Positions 1 through 7,473 of a stretch of DNA of 32,000 nt are shown piece after piece (positions within the stretch are counted from its first letter, which is position 1; each line of letters starts with the position of its first letter). The notes beneath the pieces were generated by a model. It was given only the letters and a program-made list of their open reading frames with translations. It had not been told where the DNA came from and searched no databases. The translations under genes and the position numbers were made by a program. The stretch is taken from contig CAVRAI010000015.1 in the NCBI GenBank assembly GCA_963718915.1, positions 60,001 through 92,000 of the forward strand, in the 5' to 3' direction. The stretch comes from an uncultured Chloroflexia bacterium. Its GTDB lineage: Bacteria; Chloroflexota; Ktedonobacteria; Ktedonobacterales; JADMIN01.

Positions 1-2
1 CG

Positions 3-458
3 GCGGCGCTGCTGCTGGCGGAGTATGAAGGAGCGCCTATCGCCGCGCTGATTGTGGCGCGCTGCGGCCCGGTCGCCACCTATATGTTCGGCGCGTCCTC
101 CAACCAGCAGCGCAATCGCATGCCAAACCACCTGCTCCAGTTCACGGCGATGCAGTGGGCCAGGGCGCGTGGCTGCACGCTCTACGACTTCCGCGCCATT
201 GCCGAGGTGCTGGAACCCGACGAAGATATGTACAGCCTCTACACGTACAAACGCGGCTTCGGCGGCTATTCGCTGCTGACGTTGGAGACGCACGACCTGC
301 CGCTCTCCGCGCCGCTCTACTGGATGTATCGCCGCACGCTGAAGGTGAAGCGCGACCGTGTCCGCCGCCAGCATCTGCGCGAGCTGCGCGCCCGCGAGCA
401 GGCGCGGAAATCCGCGGCCACACCTGCGACGACAGGTACCGGCGCCGCGAACGAGTAG
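3..458 (+). CDS. FemAB-family peptidoglycan bridge-formation aminoacyltransferase, C-terminal part (5' end outside window)
   Basis: Frame 3 is open from nt 3. Translation AALLLAEYEGAPIAALIVARCGPVATYMFGASSNQQRNRMPNHLLQFTAMQWARARGCTLYDFRAI...YKRGFGG resembles the conserved C-terminal half of FemA/FemB/FemX-type proteins. Stop TAG at 456-458. Confidence 0.75.
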   Translation, partial: AALLLAEYEGAPIAALIVARCGPVATYMFGASSNQQRNRMPNHLLQFTAMQWARARGCTLYDFRAIAEVLEPDEDMYSLYTYKRGFGGYSLLTLETHDLPLSAPLYWMYRRTLKVKRDRVRRQHLRELRAREQARKSAATPATTGTGAANE

Positions 459-610
459 CCGCGTAAGATCCGCCCGCAATCCCGCCTCATCCCCATATCG
501 CCGCACCAGTTTCCACCTATTACAGACGAGGAATGCGCCGCCGAGCGGCTCAACACCGCGACGCTTGCTCCCAAGATTACATTCGCGATATAACCAATGG
601 AAAAGCAAGG

Positions 611-639
611 TTGACAGAGCCTTCACTCCAGTCTATACT
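611..639 (+). promoter_or_regulatory. sigma-70-type promoter candidate TTGACA-N17-TATACT
   Basis: TTGACA 611-616, 17-nt spacer, TATACT 634-639. The next + strand start is GTG 879, implying a ~230-nt leader. Confidence 0.45.
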
Positions 640-878
640 TGCGGTGAAGACGCAGGTGCGGGCGTCAGTGCAAGCAACAGGCAGACACGAGCCCGCGCAG
701 AAGGCGCGCATGTTGCCCCCCATTGCACAGCGCTAGTGGGTAAATTGACTTAAATAGCGCCATCATATGGATGGATGAGCTGACGACAGCGCGCCGACGA
801 CATGCTATATGCACAGTTCCCGATCCCAGGTAATGGAGGCAAGCTTTTCGTAGATTCTTGCGAGGGGAGGAAATCAAC

Positions 879-1313
879 GTGTCGTTGCAGTCCTTGTTCT
901 CCGGGGGCTCTTTCAAGAGCGCCATTCTGACTTGTTCGGCGCAAAACGGCTGGACTGTCGCCGAGATCACCGACAAGGTGGCGAAACTTAGATTTACGAT
1001 GCCGTCTGGACGCATCCAGATACTCTACATTGTCAAGTTCGACAGCACCCTGGAATTCTCGGTGCCTAGCGCGGTCATGTTTGACTCCGAAGAAGAGTTT
1101 CCAGGTGTCCTCTCCGCAAAGCTGCTGCGGCGCAACGCGGAGCAGAAGGTCGGTTTCTGGTGCATCGAGCGCCTAGCAGGCAAGTATGGATACTCCTGTA
1201 TGCACAATGTGGAGATGCAGCAGATTGATGCAGAGTACTTCGCGAGGATAGTAAGAGCCCTCATTAAAGAGTGCGATGAATTCGAGGGGATCCTGTTGCA
1301 GCTGCTCCAGTAG
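879..1313 (+). CDS. hypothetical protein, possibly YbjN / T3SS-chaperone-like fold
   Basis: ORF 858-1313. GGGGAGG at 864-870 lies 8 nt before GTG 879. Lower-GC island. The sequence pattern (..LRFTMPSGRIQILYIV...GFWCIE...IDAEYFARIVRALIKECDEFE) is reminiscent of YbjN-like proteins, recalled from memory only. Confidence 0.55.
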   Translation: MSLQSLFSGGSFKSAILTCSAQNGWTVAEITDKVAKLRFTMPSGRIQILYIVKFDSTLEFSVPSAVMFDSEEEFPGVLSAKLLRRNAEQKVGFWCIERLAGKYGYSCMHNVEMQQIDAEYFARIVRALIKECDEFEGILLQLLQ

Positions 1314-1453
1314 GTTTGATGCCAGATCGGTTGGGATTGTTGTCGTTCGCCGCGCTGGAATCGTGAGCGACCACGGAGTCAAGAAGTGTCGAAGAGCGTG
1401 ACTCCAGCCCAATCCATTTGTCAGGCTGTCAGCCCACGTTGGCCAGATGTGAG

Positions 1454-1547
1454 TAGAAGTTATCTCAATAAATAGGCCCGGCCCTCTTCGCGTTGGCTTG
1501 CCACGCGAGACAGTGTAGCGCCAGGTGGATTTATGAGATAACTTCTA
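1454..1547. repeat. 94-bp element bounded by ~20-bp imperfect terminal inverted repeats (MITE-like or structured RNA)
   Basis: TAGAAGTTATCTCAATAAAT (1454-1473) versus ATTTATGAGATAACTTCTA (1529-1547). The outer 14 nt are perfect reverse complements, followed by a 1-nt indel. The GC-rich core contains a smaller hairpin, CGCGTTGG..CCACGCG. Confidence 0.6.
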
Positions 1548-1561
1548 GTGGGCAGCTTTGA

Positions 1562-1918
1562 GCGCCATTTTGCCATGAGCGACCCAATACGGCGTTCTCC
1601 AGTATACCGGATCGTGCCCCAGCCGACCACAGTAACGGATCTCGCAGCTTTCTCCGCCAGCGCTACTGGGATGTATCTCCTCGCCTACTCCGGAGTCTGA
1701 ATGCAATTCAGCTTGCCGCCGCTATGCTTGCAGCCAGAGCGAGTGGAGAAGAAGCGCTCTTTGTTACGGCTGATACCCGACTTGCGGAAATTGCGATGCT
1801 GGAAGACTTCACTGTGTCAATCCTGTCTCCCCACCACCGTATAGTCCTCACAGCACGACTCCCGCACTCCCACACTCCCACAATTGTGACCATCGACCCC
1901 GCTCGGACGGTTGTATAG
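1562..1918 (+). pseudogene. possible PIN-domain (VapC-like) toxin remnant lacking its N-terminus
   Basis: Frame 2 is open from the stop at 1559-1561. Translation ..LLRSLNAIQLAAAMLAARASGEEALFVTADTRLAEIAMLEDFTV resembles the C-terminal PIN motif (sLDAlhLAaA...fvT.D.rLa.aA...G..v), with the catalytic Asp replaced by Asn. There is no in-frame start or N-terminal PIN half. It begins right after the inverted-repeat element. Confidence 0.3.
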
Positions 1919-2113
1919 CTGACGGCTGAATCATCGGGGAGGCGCGGCCATGCGTAGTGCATATGCAGCGTCTGTCGCCTGGTATAGATGAGGCTGGTAC
2001 AGGATGTGCGATGCCAGAAACGGTAGCGCTGGAAGCGTTATCATTCGGTCAAGCTCTCGCTATTCTCCTGCTGTGAGCATGGATGGCTGGAGCACACCAT
2101 CTGGAGCACCACC

Positions 2114-2503
2114 ATGGCAACCCACATTCTCGTTATTGACGACTATGAATATTTGCTGTATCTCTTGCGTAGCATCCTCGAAGAGGAGCACTACCGGGTC
2201 TCTGTCATCAGTCGTGGCGAAGGGGCGCACGAACTGATCCAGGAGAACCTGCCCGACCTGATCATTCTCGATCTCAAGTTGCGGGATGCGTCAGGTCTGG
2301 ATATTCTCGAATCGCTGCGCTCGCACGAGGCCACGGCGAATATACCCGTGCTGGTCTACACTGCGGCGATCCTGGAGGCTGAGAGCGTCCGGCAGCTCCT
2401 TGCGAGCAACCCCGAGCGCTACCGCAACGTATCGATTCTACGCAAGCCATTTGATGTAGATGTTCTGCTGCGACGTGTGAAAAATATGGTCGCGACGATT
2501 TAG
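2114..2503 (+). CDS. single-domain response regulator (CheY-like receiver)
   Basis: 129 aa. Acidic pocket VIDDYE, phospho-acceptor context DLIILDLKL, conserved T (VYTA) and KPF. No output domain. Confidence 0.9.
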   Translation: MATHILVIDDYEYLLYLLRSILEEEHYRVSVISRGEGAHELIQENLPDLIILDLKLRDASGLDILESLRSHEATANIPVLVYTAAILEAESVRQLLASNPERYRNVSILRKPFDVDVLLRRVKNMVATI

Positions 2504-2563
2504 CGCCTGATTCTCACACAGACGCGGCACGACGAGTGACAACGTGTTTGCAGGAGGTACACT

Positions 2564-2860
2564 ATGGCAAAGGAAAGCAAGTCCCGGTCTGGGTCCGGGT
2601 TTGTGTTCGGGCTGCTACTCGGCATGGCGGTCGGCGCGGCCGTCGCGCTCCTCTTCGCGCCACAGCCCGGCGATGAGACCCGCAGCCAGCTCAGCGAAGG
2701 CAGCGTGCAGCTCCGCAAGAAGGGACGCGAGGGCTACCAGACGCTGGCCGGTCAACTGCGCGAGCGCTATGGCGACGCCGTCGCCCAGGGCCGCGATGCC
2801 TACAACCAGACCAGAGACGAGATCCTGACGCGCTATAACAAGGCGAGGTCCAACGCCTGA
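2564..2860 (+). CDS. YtxH domain-containing membrane-anchored protein
   Basis: RBS GCAGGAGG upstream. The N-terminal GFVFGLLLGMAVGAAVALLFAPQPGDETR matches the YtxH signature (G..G...G...LLFAP.sG.etR). The C-terminal tail is helical and charged. Confidence 0.85.
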   Translation: MAKESKSRSGSGFVFGLLLGMAVGAAVALLFAPQPGDETRSQLSEGSVQLRKKGREGYQTLAGQLRERYGDAVAQGRDAYNQTRDEILTRYNKARSNA

Positions 2861-3044
2861 TAGCCATCGCGCGCGTCAAGCAAATCGTGCGGACGATACT
2901 GCATACCCTTGCAGTAGAGATCCGTCACCATAGGGACTTTATCAGGGAAAACGCGGCTCTTGGCCGTGATGCTTACAACGAGGCCAAAGCGGAGATTTTG
3001 GCGCGCCAACGCAAAGCGAAGACCGACGCTTAAAATCTCAACCT

Positions 3045-4337
3045 TCATGCCAATCGAGCGGCAAGCTCCGTCAGACGGCGTTGCAGGAAACGCCGCTCGA
3101 TACGGTTCTGGCAGAGGCTGAGCGCCTCGCGATAACTGGCTGCGGCATCTTCCATGCGGCCAGCGCGACGTAGCAGATCGGCGCGTGCGGCGTGATAGAG
3201 GTGGTAGTGGGCGAGCGCTTCGCCCAGCCGCAGGTAGTCGAGCATCTCTAGCCCGGCATCTGGCCCTTCAGCCATCGCCACGGCCACCGCCTGATTGAGT
3301 TCCACCACCGGCGAGGGTGTCATATGGGCCAGCCGCGCATAGAGCAGCGCAATCTGCTGCCAGTCAGTCTCCTCCGAGGTCGGCGCCTCGGCGTGGAGCG
3401 CGCTGATCGCCGCCTGAATCTGATACGAGCCTGGGCGGCGCATCGCTAACGCCTTATCCAGCACCTCCATTCCCTCGATAATCTCCGCCCAGTTCCAGAG
3501 CGTCCGGTCCTGGTCTTCGAGCAGCACCAGATCGCCAGCGGCATCCACCCGCGCCGCCCGCCGCGACGCATGCAGCAGCATCAGCGCCAGCAGCCCCAGC
3601 GCCTCCGGCTCATCTGGCAGTTCTGGCCCGGAGGCGATCAGCGCTACCAGCACCCGCGTCAGCCGGATCGCCTCAGCGCACAGATCCTGGCGAATCAGCG
3701 CATCGCCGCTGGTGGAGGTGTAGCCCTCGTTGAAGATGAGATAGAGGACGGCCAGCACGCCCTCCATGCGCTCGGCCAGCAGCGGCAGCGGTGGCGCCCG
3801 ATAGGGTATCCCGGCGTCGCGTATCTTGCGCTGCGCCCGCACCAGCCGCTGCGCCATCGTCGGAAGCGGTGTCAGAAACGCCGCCGCGATCTCGGCGGTG
3901 GAGAGACCGCCCAGCGTGCGCAGGGTGAGCGCGACTCGCGCCTCCAGTGGCAGCGCCGGATGGCAGCAGGTGAAAAATAGCTTCAGCCGTTCGTCAGGAA
4001 TCGGCGGCGCATCCTCAGGAAGATCGCCGTCGGCGTCGAGCGCATCGGCGGTGGTCGTCGGCTCAAGCGACTGGAGGAGCGCCTGTTTCTGGGCGAGTGT
4101 GCCCTCGCGGCGCAGACGGTCAATCGCCTTGCGCCGGGCAATCGTGGTGAGCCAGGCGGCTGGATTGCGCGGGACGCCAGTGGCGGGCCATTGTTGCAGC
4201 GCCACCACCATCGCGTCCTGGAGGGCATCTTCGGCGAGCGTAAAGTCGCGCAGCGAGGCAATCAGGGCGGCCAGTATCCGCCCTGACTCCTGCCGATAGA
4301 CCTGTTCGACAATCCGCGGGATCTGCTCGCTGCTCAT
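3045..4337 (-). CDS. ECF sigma factor with long C-terminal TPR-like extension (ECF42-like)
   Basis: 430 aa. Region 2 is ..LQDAMVVALQQW...NPAAWLTTIARRKAIDRLRRE; region 4 is LSTAEIAAAFLTPLPTMAQRLVRAQRKIRDAG. It carries a ~230-aa helical C-terminal extension. It lies immediately downstream of a YCII/DGPF gene, the arrangement described for group ECF42. Confidence 0.85.
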   Translation of the reverse strand: MSSEQIPRIVEQVYRQESGRILAALIASLRDFTLAEDALQDAMVVALQQWPATGVPRNPAAWLTTIARRKAIDRLRREGTLAQKQALLQSLEPTTTADALDADGDLPEDAPPIPDERLKLFFTCCHPALPLEARVALTLRTLGGLSTAEIAAAFLTPLPTMAQRLVRAQRKIRDAGIPYRAPPLPLLAERMEGVLAVLYLIFNEGYTSTSGDALIRQDLCAEAIRLTRVLVALIASGPELPDEPEALGLLALMLLHASRRAARVDAAGDLVLLEDQDRTLWNWAEIIEGMEVLDKALAMRRPGSYQIQAAISALHAEAPTSEETDWQQIALLYARLAHMTPSPVVELNQAVAVAMAEGPDAGLEMLDYLRLGEALAHYHLYHAARADLLRRAGRMEDAAASYREALSLCQNRIERRFLQRRLTELAARLA

Positions 4338-4358
4338 GCCCTCCCCAAAGCGTATGCG

Positions 4359-4703
4359 CTATTCAAAGACCATCACCGGGCGCACCTCGATGGACCCGTA
4401 CTTCGCGCCGGGGATATTCGTCGCGATCTGAATCGCCTCGTCGAGGTCGCTGGCATTGACGAGATAGAAGCCGCCAAGCTGCTCTTTCGTCTCGGCGAAT
4501 GGGCCATCGGTGGTCAGCGTCTTGCCATCGCGGACGCGCACCGTCGTCGCCGCGTTGGTCGCCACCAGCGCCTCGCCGCCCGCGATCTTCTCTTTGAACT
4601 GCTCGCCGAACGCAAAATACCCCGCCATGACGGCATCCTGCTCCTGCTTGCTCGCATTGGCATCCGCTGTCTCATCAGTATAAATCAAAAGCGCGTACTG
4701 CAT
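4359..4703 (-). CDS. YCII-related / DGPF domain protein
   Basis: Start chosen at MQYALLIY (ATG 4703) with RBS GAGGAGGAG upstream. Contains the literal DGPFAETKEQLGGFYLV motif typical of the family. Confidence 0.85.
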   Translation of the reverse strand: MQYALLIYTDETADANASKQEQDAVMAGYFAFGEQFKEKIAGGEALVATNAATTVRVRDGKTLTTDGPFAETKEQLGGFYLVNASDLDEAIQIATNIPGAKYGSIEVRPVMVFE

Positions 4704-4937
4704 CCGTCTCCTCCTCGTGGCGCACGTCTCGCTGCGTGCGTCCACCACTCGTATCATCGAATCGTCGCCGACCAGCGCAACTGCCGGTCACAGAGACGTC
4801 GAATGGTGACTGCGCCAATTCGACATGCATGCGCGGGATTGTTGCGTGGGATTGTCATAAGTCATAGCATCGCGTGCTGAAAACGTCATATACTGCTCAC
4901 GCGGATATCCCGGCAAGGGACGGAGAACGGCGACTCG

Positions 4938-5591
4938 ATGAACGAACCAGACAAACAGCCGCCACGGACGACCGATGAAACGGCGCTCCTCGATGCGCTG
5001 CGGCGCGGCGACGAGGGAGCGTTTCTCACGCTCGTCACCATGCACTACGCCGCGATGTTGCGACTGGCGCAGATGTATGTGGGCACGCGCGCCGTCGCCG
5101 AAGAGGTCATCCAGGAGACGTGGATTGGCGTGTTGCAGGGGCTGGATCGCTTCGAGGGACGATCATCGCTGAAGACGTGGATCTTTCGCATCCTGCTCAA
5201 CCGTGCCCGCACGCGCGCGCAACGCGAGAACCGCACGATCCCGTTTTCGGCGCTCACCACGGCGAGCGAGTCGGATGAGCCAGCGGTCGAGCCAGACGCC
5301 TTCGCGCCGCCCGGCGCACGCTATCCCGGTGGCTGGCTCACCCCGCCCGCCGAATGGGATACGCTGCCCGAAGAACGGCTACTCTCGCAGGAGACGCGAC
5401 AGCATGTGGACGCGGCGCTGACGACGCTACCCTCGGCCCAGCGCGAGGTCATTACCTTGCGCGATATCGACGGCTGGAGCGCGAACGAGGTCTGCGACTA
5501 TCTCGGCATCAGCGAGGCCAACCAGCGGGTGTTGCTCCACCGGGCGCGCTCGCGGGTGCGGCAGGCGCTGGCGGATTACCTGCGAAACTAA
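4938..5591 (+). CDS. ECF-type RNA polymerase sigma-70 family factor
   Basis: 217 aa. Region 2 is EEVIQETWIGVLQGLDRFEGRSSLKTWIFRILLNRA; region 4 is LPSAQREVITLRDIDGWSANEVCDYLGISEANQRVLLHRARSRVRQAL. Confidence 0.9.
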   Translation: MNEPDKQPPRTTDETALLDALRRGDEGAFLTLVTMHYAAMLRLAQMYVGTRAVAEEVIQETWIGVLQGLDRFEGRSSLKTWIFRILLNRARTRAQRENRTIPFSALTTASESDEPAVEPDAFAPPGARYPGGWLTPPAEWDTLPEERLLSQETRQHVDAALTTLPSAQREVITLRDIDGWSANEVCDYLGISEANQRVLLHRARSRVRQALADYLRN

Positions 5592-5680
5592 GCGGCACGA
5601 GCATAGACATAGGCAATCTGGCAATACTAGCAATACTGGCAACCGATGCATACCAGACAGATATACAGGATTGATACGGC

Positions 5681-5938
5681 ATGGCTGAGCGCGAACTGAC
5701 CTGTCAGGAACTGGTTGAACTTATCACCAGCTACCTCGACGATGCCCTGACCACCGAGGAACGGCAGCATGTCGAGCGCCATCTCGCGCTCTGCCACGGC
5801 TGCCGCGTGTACCTGGAGCAGACGCGCGCGACCCTCTGGCTCGTGGGCAGACTCTCCGCTGAAGATATCCCGGATGGCATGCGCCAGGGACTGCTCGCCG
5901 CCTTCCGTGGCCTACGCAAAAATGCCGACGGCGCCTAG
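5681..5938 (+). CDS. zinc-binding anti-sigma factor (zf-HC2 / ZAS), soluble
   Basis: 85 aa, downstream of the ECF sigma gene. H-x3-C-x2-C motif in HLALCHGC plus an upstream Cys (LTCQEL). No transmembrane segment. Confidence 0.85.
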   Translation: MAERELTCQELVELITSYLDDALTTEERQHVERHLALCHGCRVYLEQTRATLWLVGRLSAEDIPDGMRQGLLAAFRGLRKNADGA

Positions 5939-6032
5939 ACCATTTGAGTGTAACTCCGCCTCGTAGAACGATACAGATTCGGGCATGCGCCCGGTGATCC
6001 GAAATCACTATCGTTCTGGGAGGTTGTTTTGC

Positions 6033-6503
6033 ATGCGTAAATTTGTCCTGGGTCTGATGGGTCTCATGTTGCTCTGTGTCTTTGCGCTGGCCGCCTGCGG
6101 CGGAAGCTCGGTTGCCGCCACTCCTACCGATACCCCCGCGCCCCCCGCGCCCACTGCCACCACGGCGCCCGCTGCGCCCACCGCGACGACGGGCGGCGGT
6201 ACAAGTACGGCTGTCATTGGGATGGGGGGGTTCACTTTTAGCCATGCGAGCGCCACAATCAAAGTCGGGCAGTCCGTTACCTTCAGTGATCCAGCGGATT
6301 CTGGCGGGGTGCACAACATCGTGACTGGAACCTCGGGCAAATTCACAGCGGAGCCAGGCGCCCCCTCGGCGTTTGCGACAGCCTCGGGCGTGAACTTCGC
6401 GCCAGGCGACTCTCAGACGTTCACTTTCACGACCGCCGGAACGTATACATTCACCTGCACGATTCACGTGAGCATGCGCGCCACCGTCACCGTCAATCCC
6501 TAA
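6033..6503 (+). CDS. cupredoxin (amicyanin/plastocyanin-like blue copper) lipoprotein
   Basis: Start at MRKFVLGL (RBS GGGAGG). Lipobox LAAC followed by a Pro/Thr/Ala linker. Type-1 Cu ligand pattern: GGVHNIV ... C-T-I-H-V-S-M, i.e. C-x2-H-x2-M spacing as in amicyanin. Confidence 0.8.
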   Translation: MRKFVLGLMGLMLLCVFALAACGGSSVAATPTDTPAPPAPTATTAPAAPTATTGGGTSTAVIGMGGFTFSHASATIKVGQSVTFSDPADSGGVHNIVTGTSGKFTAEPGAPSAFATASGVNFAPGDSQTFTFTTAGTYTFTCTIHVSMRATVTVNP

Positions 6504-6753
6504 TGTGGTCAGACGATGACGGCACAATGTCACGATGCAACGCGCGGCCCCCACGCTCTTCAACACTTGAGAGGGTTGGGGGCATCCTTAGTCCTGCCGC
6601 CGGATTCGGTGATTTTTCTGCATCACCAGATGGCGCTGCATGTGCGAAAGTGTGTCATGGCGGCAGAATGAGGAAGAGGAATAGCCCGTAGACAACGAGT
6701 GATGATGGTGGAGTGTTTTATATCCCCTGCCTGAGAGAAAAGAGGACATCACA

Positions 6754-7440
6754 ATGGCTGATCATTCCACTGACACGTATGAAACGGCTGGCGAAGCTGG
6801 GGCGCGCGAACCATCAAGACTCTCGCGGCGGAACGCGCTCAAAGCGGGCGCGGCTGGTATGGCAGGCATGGCGTGGGCGCTGACGCTTGGGCACGGCGGC
6901 GCTGATCTGGTCAAGGAGTTGGCCCATCTCGCGCAGGGTAGGCCAATGACCGCGGCGCGGCTGACGGATATTTTGCGGACTGAGCGCACCCAGTGGAATG
7001 CGCTGCTGGCGCAGGTTGGCCCGAATCGCATGGAGATTCCCGGCGTCGAGGGGACGTGGTCGGTGAAGGAGGTGGTCGCCCATCTGACTTGGTACGAGCG
7101 GGCAGTCGTGGATGGCGCGGCGCAGATTATGAACACAGGGACGTATACACGCGGAGCCGATGGGCTGGGGATGGATGAGCGCAACGCCCGCATTGCCACC
7201 GAGAGCCGCGCGCGGTCGGTCGACGATGTGCTCGCCGAGGCTGACGACGTCTTCGCTCAGCTGCTGAAGGTGATCGCCGCCTGTCCTGACGACCTGCTGA
7301 ACAACGCGCAGTTTCTGGGCCTGCCCGACGATATACCGCCGTGGATGCGCGTGGCGAACAACTCCTACCTGCACTATCAGCAGCACGAGCAGTCCATCCG
7401 CGCATGGCTGGCGCAGCAAGAAGCACCCACTCACGTGTAA
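6754..7440 (+). CDS. DinB/ClbS-like four-helix-bundle protein with Tat signal
   Basis: 228 aa. Twin-arginine motif SRRNALKAGAAGMAG. WSVKEVVAHLTWYE resembles DinB-superfamily / DfsB-ClbS helices. Confidence 0.7.
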   Translation: MADHSTDTYETAGEAGAREPSRLSRRNALKAGAAGMAGMAWALTLGHGGADLVKELAHLAQGRPMTAARLTDILRTERTQWNALLAQVGPNRMEIPGVEGTWSVKEVVAHLTWYERAVVDGAAQIMNTGTYTRGADGLGMDERNARIATESRARSVDDVLAEADDVFAQLLKVIAACPDDLLNNAQFLGLPDDIPPWMRVANNSYLHYQQHEQSIRAWLAQQEAPTHV

Positions 7441-7473
7441 GCGTGTCACCATGTCTGGCCGGTTGTGTCTACG

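Noticed and set aside
2833-3048. 71-aa minus-strand ORF between ytxH and the ECF42-like sigma gene
   Set aside because: It has no RBS and overlaps the ytxH 3' end. The plus strand here carries the recognisable duplicated YtxH tail, which explains the open frames better.
5724-6566. 280-aa ORF on the minus strand
   Set aside because: It is antisense to the anti-sigma and cupredoxin genes, both of which have clear motifs. Its Arg/Gly/Ala-rich low-complexity composition is typical of shadow ORFs in high-GC DNA.
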